Shown here piece by piece: positions 21,001 to 25,307 of a stretch of DNA of 64,000 bases. The notes under the pieces were generated by a model. That model was not told the DNA's origin. It searched no databases and saw nothing but the letters and a program-made list of their open reading frames with translations. A program made the translations under genes and the position numbers. Each line of letters opens with the position of its first letter. Positions within the stretch are counted from its first letter, which is position 1. Source of the stretch: Candidatus Omnitrophota bacterium (GTDB lineage: Bacteria; Omnitrophota; Gorgyraeia; Gygaellales; Profunditerraquicolaceae); NCBI GenBank assembly GCA_028712255.1, contig JAQTQJ010000005.1, positions 20,950 to 84,949 on the forward strand, given 5' to 3'.

Positions 21001-21796
21001 TCCTTGGTCTGGAAATCTTCCTCTTCCTGGATTTCCAGGAAGTATTACTGGAAAAGAGTTTCGGAAGTCACAATTAGATTTAGATAAAACTATTAATCAT
21101 GCATTAGATTTAGCTAATGGAGGCAAGATAGGGGTTATTCTTTATAGCGGCGGTAATTATGTCGCAGAAAGATTATTTGAATCAGATTTATCTCCAAGAA
21201 TAAGGGAGGCATTTGAAGCAGGCAGGATACATATCGATAGTTTAGGCAATCCTTCTACCAAAAACTTCGGCTTATTAGATCCTAATTGGAAAAATATTTG
21301 GTCAATGAGTGACCCTATTTCTATATTGTCTATAATACCCCTTGGTATACATGATGTTTACTTTCCCAATCTTTCCCATTTTTCATATCAATATCCTAAT
21401 GTTATTTCTTATTTAGGGAATGATATAGCTCATTGGAATTACACTCCTACAAGTGGCTCTTGGCCGGGTACCTATAATTTTAATAGCATTGCGCCTTCTG
21501 ATTATTGGAAACAGCAACAATTTCAACAACCCAATTTTGGGTTACCTCAATATCAACCCTTTCCAAGTCAATCACCGTTGAATAATTATCAGCCGCTTCA
21601 GCAGTATCAGCCGTCTATATTGCAACCACAGCAGCCTTTATATCAACCTCCGCCAAGTGAACTTTTTAAAATACAATCACCGATAAATGATTATCAGTCA
21701 TCTCAACAGTATCAATCGCCGATGAGGGATTATCAGCCTTCGATGGCTCAACCTAATCTTCCATCTCTACCTAATTTCGGTGGGATTGGGAAATAA
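2..21796 (+). CDS. Giant multidomain membrane-associated protein of at least 7,245 aa. The reading frame is open to the 5' window edge, so the first candidate start (TTG at 59) may not be the true start. It carries multiple TM clusters, a SAM-MTase motif, HEXXH, a CheD-like motif, TPR blocks, a HEAT/PBS-like repeat array, and a Q/P/Y-rich C-terminal tail.
   Basis: A single uninterrupted 21.7 kb frame in 40% GC DNA is very unlikely by chance. Six-frame track gives 59..21796. I hand-translated the frame back to position 2 and found no stop. Recognisable motifs: ILDIGFGEG (nt about 6404-6430), HEMYH (9506-9520), GICDCIAVTLYN...ALLHLYRG (about 14917-14990), TPR consensus blocks (about 7990-8470 and 15540-15870), and 30-aa LxDxDxxVRxxAxxALG repeats (about 17400-20720). 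Confidence 0.85.
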   Translation, partial: SFLVEITKGGRISDGALEVLAEAFGRINITGADKELHLAALVSIVYLVLPGIDVSEVMSIYLEKEKEYLTGVGLKERVNLAAFVGLMAMLYYQDKNGRDGVLFKNSLSILRTFISESYLNVRDVLEVALEQDMELAMELFHWILIEKADFLFSALTATDIDEAGETDFIIDGVFLADYLLMHTMYLTVIKPDSKRLVKLLKIDPLNTLIKTAMAEAVNPAAKGLDFFVGYSNVEKFFKRFFYPGMASEVELVNEINERLNSFPQRDALGEALEIELLVRFLSDEDIGIFSDTRKNIKSRASILIASVKECVSPAVMSRSGLQRADAIIAEKVKKFIGGDGLLNKEAMAGLLEAIIYFSEDVLMDIFSNVVVPFATKGQFNFGGRTYNVEPGQVSKATEISVSSLIRVYLGHGHPQFEMLKPIFRRNIRKIYELSPDPGKRIIRASIEEAGADTHEVLEVNERTITFHAQLPRQLVLINLAKDKYVQRSDILETSVTEIKRGNAITVTAEPLTFKQEEIVRQAIVDGLTQNSGRMLTAEELAEHDPKGTVSKNKTIVYVLPELAITDHFLVAYANRQMFGMRVFISEAKWVFIKGLHEDTKVEFWKHEVLGHLKHPLWSEAEVKAKYPSEMVVIPATDQATLPQMLKLALEYGDPIAAVTLTREKFRNYGPPNEPVNWDEYLVWLVEKRHTYALEQILNSTPDDREKIKALMERIIFIKTNNPKLRKIEYSPEIKQKLLDVWIFALYSPDIEKLTSALALLEELNAQYPYQNDGLEDGDLVVGKTARPCLTFQIKTQVTKERKRKLVNSLREAIVALGFGELKIQDTQECPLSAFAESLLAQNRCIVPAGTQVVFQDIAGRYAIILKPNIGREYSVAFSDRQTLQSEDFTVAGSFVPGSTRIQDIEIVVGGIRKNLLDFIVEKGFAPEAIKENSLFLEASCCFIYNPSDGKLRMIEGRQVKQFKYKADTGEITWWNSYLPRLKIFSDNQTGSARGVLPGEKVIFVHSHGIKRRKEELRASSMDVDFGIAWTRWSSIFRVGLSNSQSDLVMGTGDSHDLIISETRNGFKFLLLHCSVQENYAVCMSKKYNFSTHRWENEGIEKIEFASGIPGASYAKNGGVTLVCRDNAEALPTDADSWGRRLALSHEAISADFLSNGDYACAIAALRLALVHLPKGVKNKNIRDRIQEKLAQLIVGREASHPNNGSNHSELDLGASGFEGEAMFAERAAEVKYAQSHCVSKLNNDNELIEGVRCFLRQLDLFRLADKYKEIEVRVIGGMGFKHRGWWNIENGRLIIYIKETYASDVLDLQKVILHEILAASRNPVFAGKEGHNNSLALECLYTSFCLDSKQMTIGELLRSYDPHGLLRRIIFRAILSHQEVIDAKLDLGASAKKRQPEPTVSSLSRVAKVILCLILASVVIVAHAVWLLLLIMFGGASQFNLMDIFGINITWGWLIMMETMIAVGLMFASFIMDDGSIVISDVNLHKGHTSPRATEEDIVLSNEQAIMWIQVKQEQGAKTISVLGGKPVSIKEAIEGVNDGRFAGSLTGGDNKLILQVKYPSEKLPTNAYNSDVPCATPPVLTIIDTYEAAEEFFIRRGWKSLPRWVVGIFVSPWYEFQFKWILHPVKFIRAHINKNIWQLISRITGVIFMYAAMLCFLFPAIYLFLTAPSFNVLPNIIQSVLYGIMAFIGVHFVYNIVFFWAMLVLGDDLRFHSEYKRVFTAQQIRGFISWLIEGELQHERQRIVIGFVEGYSEGIFRREGVRIHVAKEFLDSFSELLIRQKLRNALVDRDYKEQDQYSRALELIIQQANIILGPQLFEDSSVEIVDLARRYLIDAVVKHSAWLITFSGILSVWEGVVHSMESQVDARQFGEFMNRLYRIAIKELDVEWVIRKGAVLDREIMVVIGRKMLSLIPDHNFEPTIYSVLMITPDFSLEEVRKRIMYLLSDCITDETINSLKEILVKLDKEKINPEAQAKVIMALKYLCFDVNPGISKFARILLEAFEPSFQRGQTRVDYAIVIGMASVLTAVIGLVFNVEILDIINQIGSWLTVLFHSPPIQVNFNSLPAISIVTAIPLICLIGNFTHFNYVFEPQGYMFLHEDEAVRGLARRAFNLATGDFYRQIFKEIGLGDRVRILDIGFGEGSHVASLLSQTRHKIVGLEVMPEYVKKAREKDPLQEVIESGWYHMQFSDNFFNAVSGVNALYFAGNEKELRWLITEIDRVIKAGPDGVKRIYQLFDRPLTQYWFTIEEWSVMESLGLSTPALRVMNNGWRRFFTVLSSIFNELGYEVKLSYVTKEAQGERTVSQKQLTSSSRGNKFFYDVNGNRSVEYSSLISEPYVAEEVGVYIVRAWRRESVTKEDMVIPSVANGFFGKHIKIDQAMAERLIKRLFTPEELPIVSYSIERHENAEAKGKSHWKAIGEQRKVSGYELVRARLELLQILIYLGYKNEVDLISMFTEIQNLSSRKEFTDFRDKIKSARDTEQLRLVLDGLISVFWGQGYSNVNKYMPIFEFLVNGLLDKDIFRFIENLDIPLEEQGVLKKFIISCATFHQLAYIIFSLWGINVQAAFAPSHAFLLMPINRQKAIIVDYSLEVVRVIDLWKYTRKGRKFVLIEEYRAPLGRVIAIRKQVRDGNLKDISSLLDEELLSSYYPYIEIVPAYGFTTGIYNDVGTVYKELGMYHEAGGYFQQAIKLMPSLPDVHFNLGVTYWCQNRPREAVEELELTTKYDPDDTDAYYNLGTINLELGRQQKAMTALIKAIELNPLLIEARYNLANIYMTQGRYLEAIEQYEIVIVIKPDFAQAHYNLGIAYWQIGNRDKAYEVYIRAIIFFRRCLNTLPPEEDMVGTRIDDHSVSGATEDDVRRELLRLRELRLISEYTLIEEDHIIERASQLYQQLTGKIVDLRISNIHFRRAPFASRYRAFWLREDNKIKIYIKGEATAYDILHEFLAILDKTGHLSNVILSCAYLPLFARRFIYRIVNGRNNSAVDFASYGGFARLGRFLVGTVLALIGKLSLKRGTSSFDTRNDPKNVPPFVFISDKFTSREKQLIQKITAEVIGLLVPQEKQQKLALHPLFFKRVNAFDVLVDHKFICTLYILSVLIMSVVNIILGRDLFFNITTYLVVVAILWVVINYKFYSSDFSYYIQGIRRRHKILIGSYIFDEQLVSMVAHEMYHYLNSIGLIKNPDLTTAFDMLFTLEHFGEEALDDHDWLEAGEILMGIPNPEVREKILLKTARISRFALLMRKVFGYLPERSWGYMYGRLQAANAYALSSVLNGPQEVSFIARDALEYIILRVHGYEPGAAEETIRTYINNRNSSASIGKPHHLRPVTQWLAGQILRIVARQKDNIFFKVYRETYNANLAYIQEINGNRGPPILKKFLAFTRPIARGLTPDGAICWLIPVKFTTQEYLSDETIASISKHESQSTELEGLIAQYKLGTVLKPIENRFSFKGHFSFGSIIVFNSFLRRLFILAAFISLGIGLFYAASISGLMNWYLEIKGVIPEGSLIGSPKAILLDMLTGVLIWGLPDLAGQYLKGSRIILKQAFILAFAGFFIGALLHLLYNFPEAVLPYFMSLLASNILLAKVAAIGVVLVIGVGIAVSYGRLISYLKANFRKEEETGRGIEALKLYEVLLYKLFVTPVVLIFIVLTFEPVLRVLVSLPVEIIKMIPVGYLMNRREPLFITGIIQNIARFKHSVGYARGRKDVSSMLDSQTTSGPVNGDAPQGDTLYCSIIPVDPALLARWGKLLAGILLKLIEKVSCIREGDRFSFGVRSVLKSIGIVAVFVGSAFMMAHGLKSTAGTEGSFDVYSYIVIFAVSFLAVLYCVLFLGAALINAMTDESAKRAFENQSLGVYYLNRGEYKMASWYFRRAVEFARNSRKDKFRSALVVENVMMEVSRTDFVKACERALDAIRRYLDLGQARKAADIKVGIDNSTTTIIARENVRQHGPFMVTNEEPFSHGCLQSEIVNADDPCVQRILTGAFGGFNANSRYYLLFGHLDMPVALAEKRGGILSGIRPYIEKTSAVSLISCSIRYYQITLAYLCRLRGLENEQPNRELLKDIERIYTPKTADALYLMYFKTVSRLRPFEIKFFHAWFHFHPFFRWIKGFDLLYRAMDDLIARESQEVISQEEGLLREGGRLIYILPEQIEEVAALWDKYPRGKRQPLIQFLVESAQLNSYLWDKESSYQIYEQLAERIIPRVWLTATLDEAGMLCDLIWLLCLSGSYPVRARLAQSVSSCLSGLKTKREEAQQEKGKSPLIKLQAYVLEEFLKAIYVMLLGDSSPVVVAAAEGEIRFLVGARAITREEYLAMETFCAGIKTVPEMLPGIGYTPIIPEGAELRLPYAEMTQGIRDMLGLGDLPIAYRLLDEGVRRIDLFSQQKPRHPLARLFAWPRVLLRRLTLLGHGAPKQLPVIRAIILSSQRQAVENDIIRAPPAVIEEVDFHLQGFAPAHHQAGKICYEEFSNLNNLIEAVRRAQHPFLISYASGKFHLGILLDKGASWLCGKDYIKQKRQEHYVGRYFRLEEERDLGIRERIFQFEAATSNQLAKVLDGQQVLIIGPGDNLDEAAYFIRNYPGLARVVVVDWHLPNIIDILEKMAGLEQPIREKIVLCYSDAASMVFDGVFTICYSRYTMVGDILSDAVIDSIWSRIALALQPGGFFIGYAHEAAAFFESFSKIAGGQKSVSIAVRREGISRPLVKFESRDGNGDVSQGYTLPATGLDGEQVVTDGIVRLSAFTGAGLIMASAQTVLNNNSYYLDPLSDSIFQPAFLLELMNRGPPVELFGISSDLSALFLIPLVAFFAFPSLRRFISTFWASLKNNLRVSLLRTSLTVQKIFERVLNLIKSLLQSKKTSNGAFALALLELRKAKEGQNIPERLSEKLAYLFALAAKYSHYSFEFYEWEELAQAAGLENPKKTRDSMPDTKKAIRVSAFDVYRIARSNCVERRHIELSFFKRLISGSKRVFHGRYIKTYGICDCIAVTLYNRQNRVGALLHLYRGSKVDKVVDKVSLELEREFNLRPQDFKAQLVGGWWTQSQELALKITKCLEEKQIAIEGIDVLNNPERFIFDGRDAFYGDCRIILDLETGEIFDLIDLIEPHDGISRHIMHFRYYAEYIFRRIYNGGQRMFVLAKKITVVPNLKKLFLSLLIAMYFFLSPLPSNISFIAPGVVTASAQTPTPTQLSTEDDYLNRGNEHFFKKEYDAAIEDYTQTIKLNPTNAFAYHNRGVSYNNKVDYDRAIRDYDQAILLNPKYAEAYNSRGLAYYFKGENEKAIKDYDRAIELEPDNVKFRDFRADAIGKLSVKPTSTLTATVTRTPIPKTSTPVLKSSTPTATAIHTPIVTNSPTPTFMPIVSRVATWTVIPVSAVEGPGTLDRIKDHLKDKWLWLIFTIGLIAIFIKWRQRIFIFAQKMVIIPNLKGFLKFKPVRFYLGSGKEINKLTIQERLSLAKLADQYYVKQIKDVQPSLICTVKKIFSLRGLILMLAGGLITFKLSVSNDWLTLALGAFFMTLLPYLLSVIYNFFFSYIERYRFRSEFVRQYLRDKKVQDKIKEELSQIKSVTQPLLSIRSLWNDFTLRSPVFAGIVIFILVKAQIVFWGYLAGLAIIPLIRIDIVNFTLTGILSTILKLIKWEWFITPGLQLVNTLNNLGFAFTLGDIIKLSVIALGLAILYTSRHRKTLRKIVIHNFRQFWVNLVHILVIIAIMGNLGLSSFMLNNFKQATGIRFPQAIHAPLSGKVDAGIWNRANFIYQQLKINSDLALKMENGQQELEFLLEEFKAGNDIKIEGPTAPEVRQFCLFLLGQKDNTRSRELLNLALNDPDKDVRTMAIISLSIAGDTKVASLLNNASFRQGGQVQQAAVISLKSVKSSEVTNFLLKSLKDNSRSDIRSAAAGGLMDRVSLQTVKDALIFALNDPDPLVRKAAIKSLAPIITAVIPQVDLKTIESIKPLLSDPDLNVRQVAILVLALRLDDFPGNLGLLMPKLTDSDQQIRLTTVAAVGSHLDKFPQLKQSFSNIAKDSSQPIEIRKAAVLSLGNLKDWYYFVSLASDPDWQIREIVATSFGYFDQFQALSYLRPLLKDDSAKVRLAAVNSLSHFDDPQVSEILISILEDHDLQVRESALNILVDKKPLELKQVFLDVGRDISQPAEVRQDTLLYLCNIDFLKRNISSPNRAQYVGGYNFLISSEKLQRVALLLGNLKGIMILDLLKPLTKDLNGPVRGAAATSLGNFDQPETIDYLKPLLNDYEWPVRVAAMRSLIKFNDPRVAELLIPLLTRPVLVEPIGYNPWVREYTISALADNINRPEVREIFLGLLKSSFREEDAILSIISQANLKTIESVEPFLSDPNPSVRRIAVLVLASRLDDFPETLTFLIPLFNDNDSQVRSTAVSALAPYIGKFSQLKQPFFNIVKDVSQPIEARQNALFYLSKLDVPEVKALLVSNLNNTDWKMRQAAVLGLGNLKDSEIPDLLKPLIRDPYENVRQAVVTSLGNFNQPQVISYLKLFLNDDSSNVRKSAILSIGSRLDDFPENVTLLTPLFNNKDSQVRSAAVLALGPYLDKFPQLKQPFLDITKDVSQPIEARQNALFYLSKLDVPEVKALLTSNLTSTDWKMRQVAVSGLGNFRGPEISGLLQPLTLDPISAVRVSVALSLGQLDEPQAAQSLAFLLKDNDVSVRQAALTSLGLKLDLFPKNLDLLIPFLTDPNLQIRSTAVSVLGPSIDKFPQLKQPFLDIAKGLSMPIDMRQNAMFSLSKLDTPEVKALLTSNLANTDWRMRQVAVLGLGNFKGPEILDLLKPLTLDPAWQVRQATATSFGNFNQPQTIDYLKPLLSDSYWQVRSATTASLGNFNNPQVLDSLIPRLNDPAWQVRESTAVSLGQFDESKMVESLMPLLKDNNVFVRQAAVLSLGDKVRLYPQLSGEFVNILKTDNDLWIKQISAFSLQSINTPKVEEVKPLIKQATSEIRVVVIISGIDDWLGFFPLTGRKTGETGLKNWSLVNILKAGGLQVVEHPWSGNLPLPGFPGSITGKEFRKSQLDLDKTINHALDLANGGKIGVILYSGGNYVAERLFESDLSPRIREAFEAGRIHIDSLGNPSTKNFGLLDPNWKNIWSMSDPISILSIIPLGIHDVYFPNLSHFSYQYPNVISYLGNDIAHWNYTPTSGSWPGTYNFNSIAPSDYWKQQQFQQPNFGLPQYQPFPSQSPLNNYQPLQQYQPSILQPQQPLYQPPPSELFKIQSPINDYQSSQQYQSPMRDYQPSMAQPNLPSLPNFGGIGK
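17400..20720 (+). repeat. Intragenic HEAT/PBS-lyase-like repeat array inside the giant ORF. Three tandem super-repeats of about 483 bp (161 aa) start near 19179, 19662 and 20145; an older diverged copy starts near 18005.
   Basis: Protein shows recurring DPxxxVRxxAxxxLGN units. Nucleotide stretches such as 19179-19320 and 19662-19800 are about 90% identical at a 483-bp offset. Confidence 0.75.
21490..21796 (+). repeat. Low-complexity Gln/Pro/Tyr-rich C-terminal tail of the giant protein, with YQP/QQYQ repeats.
   Basis: Translation reads KQQQFQQPNFGLPQYQPFPSQSPLNNYQPLQQYQPSILQPQQPLYQPP... Confidence 0.7.
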
Positions 21797-21935
21797 GAAA
21801 GAAGATGAAAAAAACTATTAATTTATAGGTGTTTTTTTGGAAATAAGCCTAGCGGTAACTATACCATCATACACGCTGCCATAATAGACTTATACACTAT
21901 CACCGCGCAGCGTTAAATAGAGAGGAGAGAGTATA

Positions 21936-22337
21936 ATGAATAAGATAAATTTATTTTTACTAATAGTAATAAGCTTAATAGCAATCTGCGTTGATTGTTA
22001 TGCTGGGTACTTTCTTTTTTTTATGACCGCTATGCCTATAGGGTATTATTTATCTCCAATTTTATTATTGATTATTGTTATATCGGCGCCAACCATCTTT
22101 ATTGTTTCGATTATAAATTTATTTAAATTTAAAAAATGGGCGTATTACGCATTTTTTATTATAACAGTCTTGATGCATTTGTTTTTGATAGGGTTAGATA
22201 TGTATTTTTTAAATACTAAAATAATCAAGTACCTAAAGATCGAACAGTTCATTCCCATAATTTCATTGTCATTTTTCGTTATATATTTTATGCTTCCATC
22301 TACCAAAAGCATGTTTAAATATATATCTAAAACATAA
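21936..22337 (+). CDS. Small hydrophobic membrane protein with about 4 TM helices; hypothetical.
   Basis: ORF of 133 aa, strongly hydrophobic and Ile/Leu/Phe-rich. Preceded by gagaggagagagtataATG. Confidence 0.4.
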   Translation: MNKINLFLLIVISLIAICVDCYAGYFLFFMTAMPIGYYLSPILLLIIVISAPTIFIVSIINLFKFKKWAYYAFFIITVLMHLFLIGLDMYFLNTKIIKYLKIEQFIPIISLSFFVIYFMLPSTKSMFKYISKT

Positions 22338-22394
22338 GCAGAACAAACATAAGCATAAGTAAGGACCGTCTGTTTTTATCTATTTGTAGATTAA

Positions 22395-23005
22395 TTAGTT
22401 CCAACGGAACGGTTCCGTTCTTTGAAAAGCTTGTTAGAAATATCTTCTTTCTCCGTCTATTGTCTTAGGAGGGAGGGTATATGGCAAGACAAGAGAGAAT
22501 TTACTTTGAGAATGCTGTTTACCACATAACAATAAGAGGTAATAATAAACAAAATATCTTGAAGCAAGACGAGGATAAAAAAAGTTTTCTTGAGTCTTTA
22601 GTAAGATTCAAATCTCGTTTTGGATTTAAGCTCCACGCTTTCGTTTTAATGGATAACCACGTTCATCTTATTATTGGGACTAACAGTAAGATAAATATAT
22701 CAAAGATTATGCATGCCATAACGCTGTCTTACAGCGTTAAGTTTAGGAGAAAGTATCTTTATTCTGGATACGTTTGGCAGGGAAGGTTCAAAAGTAATGT
22801 CATTGATGGTGATAGATATATTATTGAATGTTTAAACTATATCCATAACAATCCCGTAAGGGCAGGCATGGTTACAAGGGTCGAAGATTACTTTTGGAGT
22901 AGTTATCAATTTTGCAATGGATTAGAAAATAAAATTAAAGATTATATTCAGATAGATTGGTTTAAGGATAATTAAAAAGGGGACAGTTCCTTTGGAACGT
23001 TATAT
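22395..23005 (+). mobile_element. RAYT unit: tnpA(REP)-like gene bracketed by short palindromes, 22403-22419 aacggaacggttccgtt and 22979-22999 ggggacagttcctttggaacg.
   Basis: The hairpins share the GGGGAC(A/G)GTTC core with the dispersed hairpin family found elsewhere in the window. Confidence 0.6.
22481..22975 (+). CDS. REP-associated tyrosine transposase (RAYT, IS200/IS605 TnpA-like, HUH family).
   Basis: Motifs NAVYHITIRGNN, FVLMDNHVHLII (HUH), YVWQGRF (catalytic Tyr region) and NYIHNNPV. RBS ggagggagggtatATG. Flanked on both sides by GGAAC/GTTCC hairpins. Confidence 0.85.
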   Translation: MARQERIYFENAVYHITIRGNNKQNILKQDEDKKSFLESLVRFKSRFGFKLHAFVLMDNHVHLIIGTNSKINISKIMHAITLSYSVKFRRKYLYSGYVWQGRFKSNVIDGDRYIIECLNYIHNNPVRAGMVTRVEDYFWSSYQFCNGLENKIKDYIQIDWFKDN

Positions 23006-23786
23006 ATACCAAAAAGTTAGAAGGAAACGGTGCTGTGTAATAGATTATGCAAAAAATCTTCTTCAACAAGCTGAGATTTCTAGAGCAGGCAATTTAACAT
23101 TTATATTACATAGCGAAGCTAACAATGTGGCTTTTGATGGGATTTCTAGTATAGTTGATGACGCTAGAAAGAAAGGGATAAAAATCAATATTGTTAGCAT
23201 CGGATCACCGTCTCCATTTAGGACTATTGATTACCTTAAATTTTTAAAGCAGAATAAAGACATTGTAAGGTATGAAAATTTCGTTAATACAGCTGATCCT
23301 ATTGCTTGGTTGAGTCTGTCATTTTTGAATCCAGATACGCATTATATTCTTGGTTTAGATTTTATAGGAGCGCATGGGAGTTATTTTTCAGACTCAGGTG
23401 TAAGGCAAACCGCACTTTCAATGGCTACAGGAGTAAATATTCCTATTGGTTACTCTAATTTTTCTACTGGTTCTTTTTCTGATCCTTATTTTTCTGGTAC
23501 TTTTAGCGTGCGAGAGACAGTTATTTATCCTTCTCCAGATGTAAGAATTACCCAAACAAATATTACATCTAATTATGGTTCAAATTACCAGATTTTTTCG
23601 AATTCAAGTATTCCGTCTACTCAATTTGTTGCACCGCAACCATTTAATTCTTCATCAAATTATCAGGTGCCAGATTTTAGTTCTTGGAATGGTAGTAGTT
23701 TTAAACCTCTCCCAAGTATTGATTTTTCTCCGCCTAGTATTAGCATGCCCTCGAGTCCTATTCAAAGACCGGGTAATGGACCTTAA
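22992..23786 (+). CDS. Hypothetical protein with a Ser/Pro/Asn-rich C-terminal half. Start uncertain; TTG at 22992 per the ORF track.
   Basis: 264-aa ORF directly after the RAYT gene. No recognisable domain. Low-complexity S/P tail. Confidence 0.35.
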   Translation: MERYIYQKVRRKRCCVIDYAKNLLQQAEISRAGNLTFILHSEANNVAFDGISSIVDDARKKGIKINIVSIGSPSPFRTIDYLKFLKQNKDIVRYENFVNTADPIAWLSLSFLNPDTHYILGLDFIGAHGSYFSDSGVRQTALSMATGVNIPIGYSNFSTGSFSDPYFSGTFSVRETVIYPSPDVRITQTNITSNYGSNYQIFSNSSIPSTQFVAPQPFNSSSNYQVPDFSSWNGSSFKPLPSIDFSPPSISMPSSPIQRPGNGP

Positions 23787-23799
23787 AAAGGAGTGTAGA

Positions 23800-25134
23800 A
23801 TGAGTCATTTAGGGACAAAGAGATCAAAAATATTAGTAGGATTGATAATTTTATTTATGTTGTTTCAAGTTTATAATTTTTTTAAAGCTCATATCGTTAC
23901 CGTTGGCTTACCTAAAGGTAAAATTGTATTTTGTTCAGGTTTGCGTGGGGATAATGAGGTTTATCTAATGAACCTTAATGGTACTGGTTTACAAAGACTA
24001 ACAGAATACTCATTTTTTGGTCCCACATTTAACACGTGGATATCAGATTTTAGATCTTCTTTCTCTCATAATGGCAATAGAATAATATTTGAATCAGATC
24101 GCGATGATAAGAATTCCCGTAAAAAAACTATTTTTGATTATAAGGGGGAACCCATTGGGTGGGAACATGTATCTCGATTAAGTGATGTATATAGTATGGA
24201 TATAAATGGAGAACATCAGACTCGTTTAACTTATAGCTCTATAGGAAGTGGTTTGCTATTTTTTTCTTTTAATGATCAGAAGATACTGTTTCACTCAGAC
24301 CCTTTACCCGAATATCCACTTTACGAAGAACTGAAAATAATTAATTCTGATGGTTCCAATGAAATAACTTTAGCAAAGGGGTGGGGAATTTCTCAGTTGG
24401 CAAGATTTTCTCCTGATAGCCAAAAAGTTTTTTTTGTTCTTCGAGGGGATCTTCATGTGGTGGATATTTATAAAGGTACTTTAACTAGATTAACTCACTT
24501 TAATACTAGTGATATTGATCGGCCTGATAAGGTAGAAGGTTTACGATTTATTGATAATTTCGCTTTGTCTCCAAACGGAGACAAAATTACTTTGGTAACG
24601 ACAGAAAGAAATGCTTTTCGATTTGTATTTTATTCTATGGATGTAGGTGGGGCAGGTATGACACAAATTAACATATTGGATAATCCTGATCAGCATGGTT
24701 ATTTAGGCTACATTGCTGAGATGAAATATTCTCCTGATGGTAAAAAAATAACATTTATTGGTCATTTTAAAAATAGGCCATTCTATATATTAGATGAAAA
24801 TAATGATTTAAATTTTGTCAGGGATTTTTATGGTATCGATAGCGGAATTGAAGATATCGAACACGATCTTTTTGTCTTTACTCCAGATAGCAAACAAATT
24901 CTTTTCGTAGCCACGTTTCCTTATGGACCATTTAATGATTGGTTCACTTGGATTAAATCAGTAGGTTATGAGGTTTTTAGTAAATTTAAATATTTTATAA
25001 CTAAAACGATAAGTGGAACTTACGATAATAAGTATTTATGTATTATGGATATCAAAACAGGTAAGCTCAAAAAAATAGCCAGAATACTTATTTCATCTGA
25101 CCTTGGCCGTGATTTTATCCATTGGGAAAAGTGA
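23800..25134 (+). CDS. Secreted or membrane-anchored TolB-like beta-propeller protein with PD40/WD40-like repeats.
   Basis: ATG at 23800 preceded by aaaggag. N-terminal TM/signal ILVGLIILFMLFQVY. Recurring FSPDxxKxxF and YSPDGKKITF PD40-type motifs. The upstream part of the 23575 ORF translates to nonsense. Confidence 0.6.
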   Translation: MSHLGTKRSKILVGLIILFMLFQVYNFFKAHIVTVGLPKGKIVFCSGLRGDNEVYLMNLNGTGLQRLTEYSFFGPTFNTWISDFRSSFSHNGNRIIFESDRDDKNSRKKTIFDYKGEPIGWEHVSRLSDVYSMDINGEHQTRLTYSSIGSGLLFFSFNDQKILFHSDPLPEYPLYEELKIINSDGSNEITLAKGWGISQLARFSPDSQKVFFVLRGDLHVVDIYKGTLTRLTHFNTSDIDRPDKVEGLRFIDNFALSPNGDKITLVTTERNAFRFVFYSMDVGGAGMTQINILDNPDQHGYLGYIAEMKYSPDGKKITFIGHFKNRPFYILDENNDLNFVRDFYGIDSGIEDIEHDLFVFTPDSKQILFVATFPYGPFNDWFTWIKSVGYEVFSKFKYFITKTISGTYDNKYLCIMDIKTGKLKKIARILISSDLGRDFIHWEK

Positions 25135-25307
25135 CTCTATTTCCCGATTAGCTTGGAAACTGTTTCGGTGTAACATGTTGTACTGCAAATGGTTTGGAAT
25201 AAATGCGTTTGTGTAGAAAAATATTTTTTTCCTTGATTTATTCGGTGAAATAAGGGATAATATTTGTAAGTTAACTTGTCTCAGTGGCTTAGGGATGGGA
25301 GAAAATA

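Noticed and set aside
23575-23799. N-terminal 75 codons of ORF 23575-25134, which overlap the end of ORF 22992-23786.
   Set aside because: The translation (MVQITRFFRIQVFRLLNLLHRNH...) is nonsense-like and overlaps the upstream gene. A proper RBS and ATG at 23800 start a TM/signal sequence, so 23800 was taken as the real start.
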